The position numbers and the translations under genes are program-made. The notes beneath the pieces were generated by a model that saw only the letters and a list, made by a program, of their open reading frames with translations, did not search any database and was not told where the DNA came from. Of a DNA stretch of 64,000 bases, positions 14,518 through 27,023 are shown in pieces; position 1 is the first letter of the stretch, and every line of letters starts with the position of its first letter. The DNA lies in NCBI GenBank assembly GCA_964016885.1, contig OZ024740.1:104036001-104100000 (forward strand), given 5' to 3'. This DNA is from Eledone cirrhosa (lineage: Eukaryota).

Positions 14518-16520
14518 GGGGTTGTTCCGAAGGACTGGCGTAGCAGCATCATCGTTAACTGCTATAAGGGAAAAGGAGATGCCCTAGATAGGAGTAACTA
14601 TAGAGGCATTAAATTAATCGACCAGGTCATGAAGGTCACGGAAAAAGTAATAGCGCAACTAATCAGAGAGAGAATTGATCTAGATGAAATGCAGTTCGGG
14701 TTTGTGTCAGGCAAAAGTACCACAGACGCTCTTTTCATTGTACGACAACTACAGGAGAAGTACCTAGCTAAAAGTAAACCCCTATACTTAGCTTTCGTCG
14801 ACTTGGAGAAAGCCTTCGACAGAGTCCCCCGTTCCATTATCTGGTGGGCTCTTAGAAAACTAGGTGTTGACGAATGGCTTGTGAGAGCTATACAAGCCAT
14901 GTATAAAGAAACAGTCAGTAAGGTTAGAATTAACAACGAATATAGTGAAGAGTTTAGCGTAAAAGTTGGTGTCCATCAGGGCTCTGTTCTTAGCCCCCTA
15001 CTATTTATTATTGCCCTTCAGGCTATAACAGAGGAGTTCAAGACCGGCTGTCCATGGGAACTCCTATACGCAGATGATCTAACGCTCATAGCTGAATCAA
15101 TGACCGAACTAGAGAAGAAATTCCAAACATGGAAGCACGGCCTAGAATCAAAAGGCCTTAAAATTAACCTGGCTAAGACTAAAGTTCTAGTTTGTAGGAA
15201 AGAAAATAAGGCGGCGTTCCCATCTGGGAAATGGCCATGCTCAGTGTGTAGGAAAGGCGTAGGTAGAAACTCCATTTTATGTCCCAAATGCAAAGTATGG
15301 GTGCATAAAAGATGTAGTGGGATCACAGGTAAGCTAACTAAGAACATAGATTTTACATGTGGCCGGTGCTCTGGTGCAATAAGTAGCAGCAAGTGCCCAC
15401 AAAATACTAGCTCCTTCAACTGCGCAGAGGGTTCTATAGAAATAGTGGACAGCTTCCATTATCTGGGTGACAAAATCAGCAGTGGGGGAGGGTGCTCTGA
15501 AAGTAAAGTAGCTAGAGTCAGAACTGGATGGAAAAAGTTCAGAGAGCTTATACCACTATTAGCCGCTAGAGGGTTCTCCCTGAAAATGAAAGGCAGGTTA
15601 TACGATGCCTGCATACGAACAGCAATGCTGCATGGCAGTGAGACCTGGGCATTGTGTGCAGAGGATATACGCAGACTAGAGAGGAACGAAGCTTGCATGC
15701 TCCGCTGGATGTGCAATAGTAATATACGTGAACGGCAAAGCATAAGCGAACTAAGGAAAAAATTAGAAATAAGAGGGATCAGATGTTGTTTACTCGAGAG
15801 AAGGCTACGTTGGTACGGTCACGTGATGCGCTTGAAAGACGACAGCTGTATAACAAAGTGCAGGGCAATAAAGATAGACGGTAGCCACGGAGTAGGCAGA
15901 CCCAGAAAAACATGGGACGAGCTGATAAATTCCGACCTCACACGCTTACACCTCTCCAAGACAATGTCACTGGACCGAGACCTTTGGCGGTACTCAGTAA
16001 TAGAGAAGACCCGCCTTACCTAAATACAAAGTAAAAATCTACTACAGTCAGTAGGCATCTCTATCAAAACACACCCCCGTCCCACCACCTCCACCCCACC
16101 CACACCGCCCCTTTCAATGTAAAGTTATGTTGGTCCCACAACATCCAGGCCGAAACAAATGAGATCGTGTAGGTGTCACGACAAAAAACACACAGTCCAC
16201 GCTGTAAATGTGGCCGTGTAGGCAACACGGTAAAAACCTCCCAGCCCCACACTGTAAATGTGGTTGGTGTTAGGAAGGGCATCCAGCTGTAGAAAACCCG
16301 CCAGACAGTCCACGCTGTAATGTGGCCGTGTAGGCAACACGGTAAAAACCTCCCAGCCCCACACTGTAAATGTGGTTGGTGTTAGGAAGGGCATCCAACT
16401 GTAGAAAACCCGCCAGACAGTCCTATGTGAGCAAGACAACCACTCTTGCCTCAAGTGGGAAAACCCCCGTCCAAACCCATGCAAGCGTGGAACACGGACG
16501 CTATACCTGATGATGATGAT
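14518..16520 (+). mobile_element. RTE family B copy, 5'-truncated, open RT-PHD ORF
   Basis: ORF 14629-16023 carries the RT motifs, with the PHD at 15238-15369. Duplicated 3' UTR module and (GAT)n tail. Confidence 0.95.
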
Positions 16521-16543
16521 AATATATACATATATATATACAG

Positions 16544-16626
16544 ATCATCATCATCATCATCAGGTTTAGCGTCCGTGTTCCACGCTTGCATGGGTTTGGA
16601 CGGGGGTTTTCCCACTTGAGGCAAGA
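16544..16626 (-). mobile_element. Inverted short copy of the preceding family B 3' end
   Basis: Reverse complement of 16444-16520, including the variant terminus cgcta(t/a)acctgatgat. Confidence 0.88.
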
Positions 16627-16680
16627 TATATAAATATATACATATATATATATACATACATATATATACATATATATTAC

Positions 16681-16757
<77 letters not shown>

Positions 16758-16803
16758 CATATATATATATACATATATATACATATATATATATACATAC
16801 ATA

Positions 16804-16844
<41 letters not shown>

Positions 16845-16933
16845 ACATACATATATATACATATATATATATATGACATATATATATACAAATATATATA
16901 CATATTTATATACACATATATATATATACATAT

Positions 16934-19519
16934 ATCATCATCATCATCATCATCAACGTTTGTTTCGGCCTGGATGGCGCGGCACCAACATAACTTTACA
17001 TAGAACGGGGTGGTGTGGATGGGGTGGGGGTGGTGGTGGTGGGACGGGGTGTATTTTGTTAGAGATGCCTACTGGCTGGAGTAGGTTTTACTATATATTT
17101 AGGTAAGGCGGGTCTTCTCTGTTACTGAGTACCGCCAAAGGTCTCGGTCTAGTGACATTGTCTTGGAGAGGTGTAAGTGTGTGATGTCGGAGTTTATCAG
17201 CTCGTCCCAGGTTTTTCTAGGTCTGCCTATTCCGTGACTACCGTCTATCTTTATTGCCCTGCACTTTGTTATACAGCTATCGACTTTCATGCGCATCACG
17301 TGTCCATACCAACGTAGCCTTCTCTCGAGTAAACAACATCTGATCCCTCTTATCTCTAATTTTTTCCTTAGTTCGTTTATGCTTTGCCGTTCACGTATAT
17401 TACTGTTACACATCCAGCGGAGCATGCAAGCTTCGTTCCTCTCTAGTCTGCGTATATCCTCTGCACACAATGCCCAGGTCTCACTGCCATGCAGCATTGC
17501 TGTTCGTATGCAGGCATCGTACAACCTGCCTTTCATTTTTAGTGAGAACCCTTTAGCAGCTAATAGTGGTATAAGCTCTCTGAACTTTTTCCAACCAGTT
17601 CTGACTCTAGCTACAGTACTTTCAGAGCACCCTCCCCCACTGCTGATTTTATCGCCCAGGTAACGGAAGCTGTCCACTATTTCTATGGAACCCTCTGCGC
17701 AATTGAAAGAGCTAGTATTTTGTGGGCACTTGCTGCTACTTATTGCACCAGAGCACCGGCCACATGTAAAGTCTATGTTCTTAGTTAGCTTACCTGTGAT
17801 CCCACTACATCTTTTATGCACCCATACTTTGCATTTAGGACATAAAATGGAGTTTCTACCTACGCCTTTCCTACACACCGAGCACGACCATTTCCCAGAA
17901 GGGACCGCCGCCTTGTTTTCTTTCCTACAAACTAGTACTTTGGTCTTAGCCAGGTTAATTTTAAGTCCTTTTGACTCTAGGCCGTGCTTCCATGTTTGGA
18001 ATTTCTTCTCTAGCTCGGCCATTGATTCCGCTATGAGTGTCAGGTCGTCTGCGTATAGGAGTTCCCATGGGCAGCCTGTCTTGAACTCCTCTGTTATAGC
18101 CTGAAGGGCAATAATAAATAGTAGGGGGCTGAGAACAGAGCCCTGATGGACGCCAACTTTTACGCTAAACTCTTCACTATATTCGTTGTTAATTCTAACC
18201 TTGCTGACTGTTTCTTTATACATGGCTTGTATAGCCCTCACAAGCCATTCGTCAACGCCTAGTTTTCTAAGAGCCCACCAGATAATGGAGCGGGGGACTC
18301 TGTCGAAGGCTTTCTCCAAGTCGACAAAAGCTAAGTAGAGGGGTTTACCTTTAGCTAGGTACTTCTCCTGTAGTTGTCGTACTATGAAAAGAGCGTCTGT
18401 GGTACTTTTGCCTGACACAAACCCGAACTGCATTTCATCTAGGTCAATTCTCTCTCTGATTAGTTGCGCTATTACTTTTTCCGTGACCTTCATGACCTGG
18501 TCGATTAATTTAATGCCTCTATAGTTACTCCTATCTAGGGCGTCTCCTTTACCCTTATAACAGTTAACGATGATGCTGCTATGCCAGTCCTTCGGAACAA
18601 CCCCATTCTGTACGACTTGGTTAACTATGCGGGTGACCATGGTGTGTCCCACCGTGCCAGATGCCTTCAGCATCTCAGCAACTATTTCCGAAGGCCCAGC
18701 CGCCTTACCCGTCTTCATATCCTTGATTGCCTTACTTATTATACTCCCCTCGACTAACACTGCTGGTCCCTCTATTGGGTCGATATGGGGGAGACTGTCT
18801 TTCTCCCATTTATTCTCCTCATTTAGTAGCCTTTCATAGTGACACTTCCAAGCTACCTTCTTATCAGCGTCGGTGATGGCAAGTGTGCCATCGTCGTTTA
18901 GTACACACTTCTCCCCGACAATATCACGGTTTTCCTTGACGCATTGCCTAGCAATCCTGAACACCTCACGTTTTTGGTCATCGCGTTGTAGAACATGCTT
19001 GAACTTTCTTTCCTCAGCTTCCCTTCTTGCTAAGTACACTTGTCTCCTAGCTTCCCTCCTGGCCACTTGATAGTCTTCTCTACTTCCCCCATCCCGCCAT
19101 ACTTTCCAAGCCTGCTTTTTGGCCTTAATTGACCCCTCCACCTTACTGTTCCACCACCATGTTACTCTCCTCCTGCCTACAGGCCTGCTCCGGCCACAGA
19201 CTTCGTCTGTCGCCAACAGCAGGTTTGCTTTCAGAAATTCCCACTCTCCCTCTATATTGTCCGACTCTAAATGTTCTTCCTTACTGTCGAAAGCATCAAG
19301 TAATATGCTTTGAAATTTATTCCTGGCTGTGGGGTCCTTTAGCTTCCATATTTTTCTCCTGAGGATAGTCCTCTTCTGCTGTCGAGTACGTCTCGTCCTG
19401 ACTATGAGGTCGCTAATTATCAGTCTACGTTGGGAGGTGCATTCTTCATGGGGGAGGGATTTAGTGTTTACAACAGACACTCTGTCACGTCTTCTGGTAA
19501 GGATATAATCTACCTGGCT

Positions 19520-19520
<1 letters not shown>
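16934..19520 (-). mobile_element. RTE family B, longest copy; uninterrupted ORF of about 800 codons from the endonuclease C-terminus through RT-PHD
   Basis: ORF 17099-19520 begins at [10 protein letters not shown] (APE C-terminal motif) and has no stops. The 3' UTR is internally deleted next to the tail. Confidence 0.96.
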
Positions 19521-19582
<62 letters not shown>

Positions 19583-19720
19583 GTATATATATTTATATAT
19601 ATATATGTATATATATTTATATATATATATGTATATATATGTATATATATGTATATATATATGTATATATATATGAATATATATATATATGTGTGTATAT
19701 ATGTATGTGTATATATGTAT

Positions 19721-20073
19721 GGAGGCACATGGTTTAGTAGTTAGAGCATTGGCCTTGCAATCGAAAGGTTGTGAGTTCAATTCTCAGACCGGGTGATGTG
19801 TTGTTTCCTTGAGCAAGACACTTTATTTCACATTGCTCCCGTTTACTCAGCTGTAGAAATGAGATGATAGGGACTGGGGTCCCTATCATTCCACTGCAAA
19901 GTGGTCGTGGAGGTGCCACGGCAAAAAAGCACCCAGCACTCACTGTAAATGAGGTTGGTGTTAGGAAGGGCATCCAGCTGTAGAAATCAAGCCAGAATCA
20001 GTTCTCGTCCCACCCTTGCAAGCAGGGAAAAGCGGACGTAAAAGGAAATGATGATGATGATGATGATGATGAT
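19721..20073 (+). mobile_element. tRNA-derived SINE with CORE-like body and RTE-shared 3' part
   Basis: A-box-like tggtttagtagtt, B-box gagttcaattctc, CORE-like ccttgagcaagacactt, 3' block shared with the family A UTR, (GAT)n tail. Confidence 0.9.
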
Positions 20074-20137
20074 ATATATATATATATGTATATATATGTA
20101 TATATATATATGTATATATATATTTATATATATATAT

Positions 20138-20348
20138 AACGAAGGAAATGTGGTAAGGAACCAGATGGACCATACCGCACCAAAGTACTCAATACTTAGG
20201 GTTATAGAGTGGGTAATAGGAACGAGTAGGACCCTGACGGCTGAGCTCAAGCCGTTTTGACGGCTAATTCTGGACTATATATTCTGAGTCCAGAATTAGC
20301 TGTCGAAACGGCTTGAGCTCAGCCGCCGGGGTCCTACTCGTGCCTATT
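20138..20348. mobile_element. Penelope-like fragment with 62-bp inverted arms holding the 3' half of a hammerhead
   Basis: Arms 20215-20276 and 20287-20348 (5 mismatches). The consensus of the arms reads GAAA-CGGC-ttgagctca-GCCG-TC. Confidence 0.5.
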
Positions 20349-20427
20349 TATATATGTATATATATGTATATATATGTATATATCTGTATATATATGTATA
20401 TATCTATATATATATATATATATATCT

Positions 20428-22494
20428 ATCATCATCATCATCATCATCATCGTTTTATGTCCGTTCTTCCACGCTAGCATGGGTTAGATGGGTTGTCCTG
20501 TTGTGGGCAGTGTCTGGTCGGCTGACCATGCCTTGCTCATACAGGAACTGATTTGGCTTGATTTCTACAGCTGGATGCCCTTCCTAACACCAACCTCATT
20601 TACAGTGTGGGCTGGGTGCTTTTTCGTGGCGCCTACACGTCCACCTTGCGGTGGGGGGTGTGGGGGCATATTGTCTATATGTTTCAGCTTGTACCCATGG
20701 GAGGTCGGGTACTCTGCATTACTGCGTGACGCCAGAAGTCACGGTCGTGTGTCATTGTCTTTGAGAGGTGCAATTGGATAAGGTCGGCTTTTATCACCTC
20801 ATCCCAGGTCATCTTGGGTCTCCCCACTCCGCGGTTTCCATCAACTTCTAGTGCTCTGCACCTTTTTATGGAGCTGTCATCCTTCATACGCATCACATGT
20901 CCATACCAGCGCAACCGCCTCTCCTGCACACAGCATTTGATTCCTCTTATGCTCAGTCTCTCTCTCTCAATTCATTTATGCTTTGTCGTTCACGTATATT
21001 ACTGTTACACATCCATCGGAGCATACAGGCTTCGTTTCTCTCTAATCTACGTAAGTCTTCCACCTTCAGCGCCCAGGTCTCACTACCATGTAACATCGCT
21101 GTTCGGATACACGCATCATACAGTCTGCCTTTCATTCTGAGGGAGAAGCCTTTTGCAGCTAGCAGTGGTAGTAGTTCCCTAAACTTCTTCCATCCCGTTC
21201 TTACCCTAGTTATTGTACTTTCTGAACACCCACCTCCGCTGCTAATTCGGTCACCTAGGTAGAAGAAGCTGTCTACTGTTTCTACAGGGCCCTCTCAGAG
21301 ATTGGTGGTACTTGTTTCCTGTGGTTGTTTGCTGCTTGCTGTCCCAGCACAGCTGCTGCATGTGAAGCCTACATTCTTAATTAAGCTTCCTGAGATCCTG
21401 CTACATCTCTTGTGTACCCATTGTTTGCATTTGGGGCAGAGAATGGAGTTCCTACCTACACCTTTCCTACATACTGAGCAAGGCCATTTCCCTGAGGGGA
21501 TCTGGGTTCTGTTTTCTCGTCTACTTACAAGGACCTTAGTCTTTGTCATGTTTACTTTGAGACCCTTTCTTTCTAGTCCCTGCTTCCAAGTTTGGAATTT
21601 ATTCTCTAGTTCTACCATAGATTCAGCTATGAGTGCGAGGTCATCAGCATACAGGAGTTCCCATGGGCATCCGGTCTTAAATTCCTCCGTTATTGCCTGC
21701 AGGACTATGATGAACAGGAGAGGGCTAAGAACAGAGCCCTGGTGGACCCCAACCTGTACGCTAAATTCCTCGCTATACTCATTGCTAATCCTAACTTTGC
21801 TGACTGCTCCCCTATACATGGCTTGTACCGCTTTCACAAGCCAGTCATCTACTCCTAGTTTTCTAAGAGCCCACCAGATTACAGAACGTGGAACTCTGTC
21901 AAAGGCTTTCTCAAGGTCGACAAATGCCAAGTAGAGTGGCTTACTTTTAGCTAGGTACTTTTCCTGTAATTGCCTCACAAGGAACAAACCCAAATTGCTT
22001 CTCGTCTATTTTCACCCGGTCCCTAATCAGCTGTGCTAAAACTCTTTCTGTTACTTTCATGACCTGGTCCATCAGCTTTATACATCTATAGTTTCCTCTA
22101 TCTAGTGCATCGCCTTTACCTTTGTAGCAGTTGACAATGATACTACTGCACCAATCTTTTGGTATGGCACCTTCTAGTATTACCTGGTTAACGATACATG
22201 TGGTTATAGTGTGACCTACAGACCCAGATGCCTTCAGCATCTCGGCAGCTATACCCGATGGACCGGTTGCCTTCCCCATCTTCATATCTTTGATTGCCTT
22301 ACTTACTACGCTGCTGCTGACTTGTACTGCTGGTCCCTCTATAGGGTCTACTTGGGGTAGGGTCTCTTCTTCCCATGCATTCTCCTCATTTAGTAATCTA
22401 TCATAATGACTCTTCCATGCATCTTTCTTCTCAGCACTTGTGAGGGCAAGCTCACTGTTATCATTCCGGATACACTTCTCTCCAATGACATCAC
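20428..22494 (-). mobile_element. RTE family A copy, 5'-truncated, with frameshift and deletions
   Basis: ORF pieces 20684-20929, 20953-21135, 21295-21993 and 21947-22285 match family A. (GAT)n tail. Confidence 0.95.
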
Positions 22495-22524
22495 TATATA
22501 TATATATATATATATACCTATATA

Positions 22525-22863
22525 TATCATCATTTCATTTTACGTCCGCTTTTTCCCTGCTTGCAAGGGTGGGACGGGAACTGATTCTGGCTTGATTTCT
22601 ACAGCTGGATGCCCTTCCTAATACCAACCTCATTTACAGAGGTTGGTATTAGGAAGGGCATCCAGCTGTCCATATCATTCCACTTTGCAGTGGAATGATA
22701 TGGACCGCACTCCCTATCATCTCATTTTTACAGCTGAGTAAACTGGAGCAATGTGAAATAAAGTGTCTTGCTCAAGGAAACAACACATCACCTGGTCTGA
22801 GAATTGAACTCACAACCTTTCGATTGCAAGGCCAATGCTCTAACCACTAAGCCATGTGCCTCC
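22525..22863 (-). mobile_element. tRNA/CORE-like SINE copy with an internally rearranged middle
   Basis: Head and tail match 19721-20073. The middle is replaced by two local inverted duplications. Confidence 0.9.
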
Positions 22864-22865
22864 AT

Positions 22866-22900
<35 letters not shown>

Positions 22901-22937
22901 GTATATATATGTATATATATATGTATATATATGTATC

Positions 22938-22988
<51 letters not shown>

Positions 22989-23094
22989 GTATATATATAT
23001 ATATGTATATATATATGTATATATATATATATGTATATGTATATATATGTATATATATTTATATATATATGTATATATATATGTATATATATAT

Positions 23095-25887
23095 GCCTGG
23101 TGTTGCCCTGCCCAAAAGATTGAATGCTGCTCGTCTTAAGGATAAAAATGTGAAGAGGACATTGGAAGAAGAGATGCAGGCTGCAGATCTTGGTGAGGAT
23201 TGGCCAACCCTTAAAAACTCGGTTTATGATGTAGGCAGGCGTGTTCTGGGATTGGCGCAGAGGAAACATCAGGACTGGTTTGATGAGAATGATGTACATA
23301 TAGAAGACTTGTTGGCTGATAAGAGGCGTGCTCTGTCACGCTACTTGACGGCAAAACCACGGGATAGGAATATGTTGTATGAGGAACTCAGGGATGTAAA
23401 ATCACGTGTTAGGCGGAGTCTTTCTCAGATGAAGGATCAGTGGTGGAGTGAGAAGTCTGGTGAGATACAAACTGCGTCTGATTCCAATAACACAAAGCTG
23501 TTGTACAGTCTCTCGCGTGAGGTTTATGGACCATCTTCTTCTCTGGTGACACCACTTCGCAGCAGGGATGGCAAAGAACTTCTTCGTGACTCACAGGGAA
23601 TTCTACGAAGGTGGTGAGAGCACTTTGATGATCTTTTGAATCAGCTGTCTGTCGTCAGTGAAGATTCCCTCAATCTCATTCCAGAAAGTCCTGTGAAAGT
23701 AGCTCTCGCAGAACCTCCGACGCCTGTGGAGGTTGCAGTGGCTATTTCGAAGCTGAACAGTGGAAGATCTCCAGGTATGGATGGCATACTTGCTGAGCTC
23801 CTACAATATGGTGGTGAGAGACTCCTGCAACATCTTCACTCTTTGTTTGGCAGGATATGGGCTAATGAATCCGTACCTGAGGACTGGAGAGATGCAGTAA
23901 TGGTGGTCTTGTACAAGGGAAAGGGTAACAGGAACGATTGTGGGAACTACAGAGGTATATCATTGCTTTCTGTCGTAGGGAAAGTTTTATGTAGGGTGCT
24001 TCTGGACCGTCTGCTGACACACATTGCAGATTGTGTTCTTCCTGAAAGTCAATCTGGTTTTCGTGCTGGACGCGGTACTACTGATATGATCTTCTCAGCT
24101 AGACAGCTCCAGGAGAAGTGCATGGAACAAGGCTTGGATCTGTATCAGGTTTTTGTCGATCTCACAAAAGCTTTTGATACTGTTAACAGAGATGCATTAT
24201 GGAAGGTTCTCCAGAAACTTGGTTGCCCTGATAAGTTCCTTGCTTTAGTTAGGTCTTTCCATGACGGCATGAAGGCTTGGGTTAATGTCGGGGGTAACAT
24301 GTCGGAGCCTATCTCAGTAAAAAATGGAGTGAAACAGGGGGATATTCCAGCACCGACCCTGTTTGCCATATACTTTGCAATGGTTTTCTGTATTGCATTC
24401 AGGAATTGCGAGCATGGTGTTTACATCCGATATCGAACCTCAGGCAGCATATTTAACATCAGGCGCTTTGCTGCGAAGACAAAGGTATTTACATTAATCA
24501 TAAGAGACCTCTTGTATGCAGATAATTGCGATCTTGTAGCGCACACAGAGAGTGATATGCAGCACATTTTGAATGCATTTTCTGACGCTTGCACTGCCCT
24601 AGGTCTGACTGTCAGTCTCAAGAAAACCGTTGTCATGTACCAACCTGCCCCTGGTAAGCAGTACACTGAACCAAACATCTATGTGTATGGCAAACGACTT
24701 GGAGTGGTTGATCAGTTTGTCTACCTGGGAAGCACTGTCAATCGATACAGCAACCTTGACAGTGAAGCCTCATTTAGGATTAGGAAAGCATGTGATGCTT
24801 TCGGAAAGCTAGAAAGGCGACTCTGGGGTCGGCGAGACATATGCAGGAGGACAAAGGTAAAGGTGTACAGGGCATGTGTGCTCTCTTGTCTTCTTTATGC
24901 CTGCGAGACCTGGGTCACATATCGACACCACCTTAAGTAATTGGAGCGTTTCCATCAGATGTGTCTCAGACGGATCCATGGCGTTCACTGGAGGGACCAC
25001 ATCAGTGATGTCGAGATTTTGGAAAGCTCTATGTGTGACAGTATAGAAGCTCTTGTGCTTAAGCAACGACTCCGTTGGAGTGGTCACCTTGCCAGGATGA
25101 AGGATTCTAGAATACCAAAACAACTCTTTTATGGAGAGTTGGTTAAAGGAAAACGACCGCCACATAAACCAAAAAAGAGGTATAAGGATTCCTTGAAAGC
25201 CTCTCTGAAAGACGCTAACATCTCTGCTGATACATGGGAGAATATTGCTGCTGATCGTAATAAATGGAGAAAGACTGTATATGAGGGAAAAGTTTCCTTT
25301 GAGGCATCTCGAATCGCATACGAGAAAGTAAAGCGGGATGTGAGGAAGGGCATTGCTGTTGCACTTCCAGACGGCGAGGGTCCTCCTATGGTGCTGACAT
25401 GCAGCGTCTGTGCGAGACTCTGCCTAAGCAAAGCTGGACTCGAAAGTCATCTTCGCAGTCATAAAGTAAGACCAGTGGTTGACTACCAGGCTGCTGTTGG
25501 AGATGCTACTCATCATGCTTGCCAAACATGTGGTAGAGAATGTAAATCAGCAGGAGTGCTCAAGCGACATGCAAAAGTACACAAACTCCAACCACAGCCG
25601 ACTATTCCCAGTGAGTGTTTTGGTTGCCGACTCTGTGCAAGACATTTTAGATCATTGGCTGGGCTAAAAAGCCACATTCGATCGCAGCGCTGTTAGTTGT
25701 TATTGTGTGTGTGTGTGTGTGTGTAGATATGCTTATGTGTGTGCGTGTGTGTGTATATATATATGTATATGTATATTATTATTGTTGTTGTCGTTATTAT
25801 TATTGTTGTTATTATTATTATTATTATTGTTTTTATTTATGTATGTGTGTGTGAGTGTGTGCGTGTGTGTGTGTGTGTATATGTGTA

Positions 25888-25918
<31 letters not shown>

Positions 25919-26025
25919 TTCTTTTTTTTTATTTTCTTTTTATTTATTTATTATTATTATTATTTTTTTTTTTTTCTTTCTCCTCGTGCAATGGTCATAC
26001 TCGATAACGAGGGGGCAGCCATCAT
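23095..26025 (+). mobile_element. BovB-like RTE LINE, 5'-truncated, with three C-terminal C2H2-type zinc fingers
   Basis: Single frame with stops at 23615 and 24938. Motifs YRGISLLS, LPESQSGFR, FVDLTKAFD, GVKQG, YADN, FVYLGS, RLRWSGH. Fingers CSVC..HLRSH, CQTC..HAKVH, CRLC..HIRSQ. Terminus ctcgataacgagggggcagccatc. Confidence 0.93.
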
Positions 26026-26059
26026 ATATATATGTATATATATTTGTATATATATATAT

Positions 26060-26901
26060 TAAAAATGAAAGGCAGGTTGTACGATGCCTGCATACGAACA
26101 GCAATGCTGCATGGCAGTGAGACCTGGGCATTGTGTGCAGAGGATATACGCAGACTAGAGAGGAACGAAGCTTGCATGCTCCGCTGGATGTGTAACAGTA
26201 ATATACGTGAACGGCAAAGCATAAACGAACTAAGGAAAAAATTAGAGATAAGAGGGATCAGATGTTGTTTACTCGAGAGAAGGCTACGTTGGTATGGACA
26301 CGTGATGCGCATGAAAGTCGATAGCTGTATAACAAAGTGCAGGGCAATAAAGATAGACGGTAGTCACGGAATAGGCAGACCTAGAAAAACCTGGGACGAG
26401 CTGATAAACTCCGACATCACACACTTACACCTCTCCAAGACAATGTCACTGGACCGAGACCTTTGGCGGTACTCAGTAACAGAGAAGACCCGCCTTACCT
26501 AAATATATAGTAAAACCTACTCCAGCCAGTAGGCATCCCTAACAAAATACACCCCGTCCCACCACCACCACCCCTACCCCATCCACACCACCCCGTTCTA
26601 TGTAAAGTTATGTTGGTGCCGCGCCATCGAGGCCGAAACAAATGAGATCGTGTAGGTGTCACGACAAAAAAACACACAGTCCACGCTGTAATGTGGCCGT
26701 GTAGGCAACACGGTAAAAACCTCCCAGACCCACACTGTAAATGTGGTTGGTGTTAGGAAGGGCATCCAACTGTAGAAAACCTGCCAGACAGTCCTATGCG
26801 AGCAAGACAATCACTCTTGCCTCAAGTGGGACTACCCCCGTCCAAACCCATGCAAGCGTGGAACACGGACGTTAAACGTTGTTGATGATGATGATGATGA
26901 T
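26060..26901 (+). mobile_element. RTE family B 3' fragment
   Basis: C-terminal peptide is identical to that of the 17099 copy. (GAT)n tail. Confidence 0.94.
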
Positions 26902-26936
26902 ATATATATATATATGTGTGTGTATATATATATATG

Positions 26937-26968
<32 letters not shown>

Positions 26969-27023
26969 TGTGTGTATATATATGTATATATATATATGTA
27001 TATATATATATATAAATGTGTAT

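Noticed and set aside
19721-19795. tRNA gene
   Set aside because: Has A/B boxes and a tRNA-like head but no acceptor-stem closure, and it continues into a SINE body and tail present in four copies.
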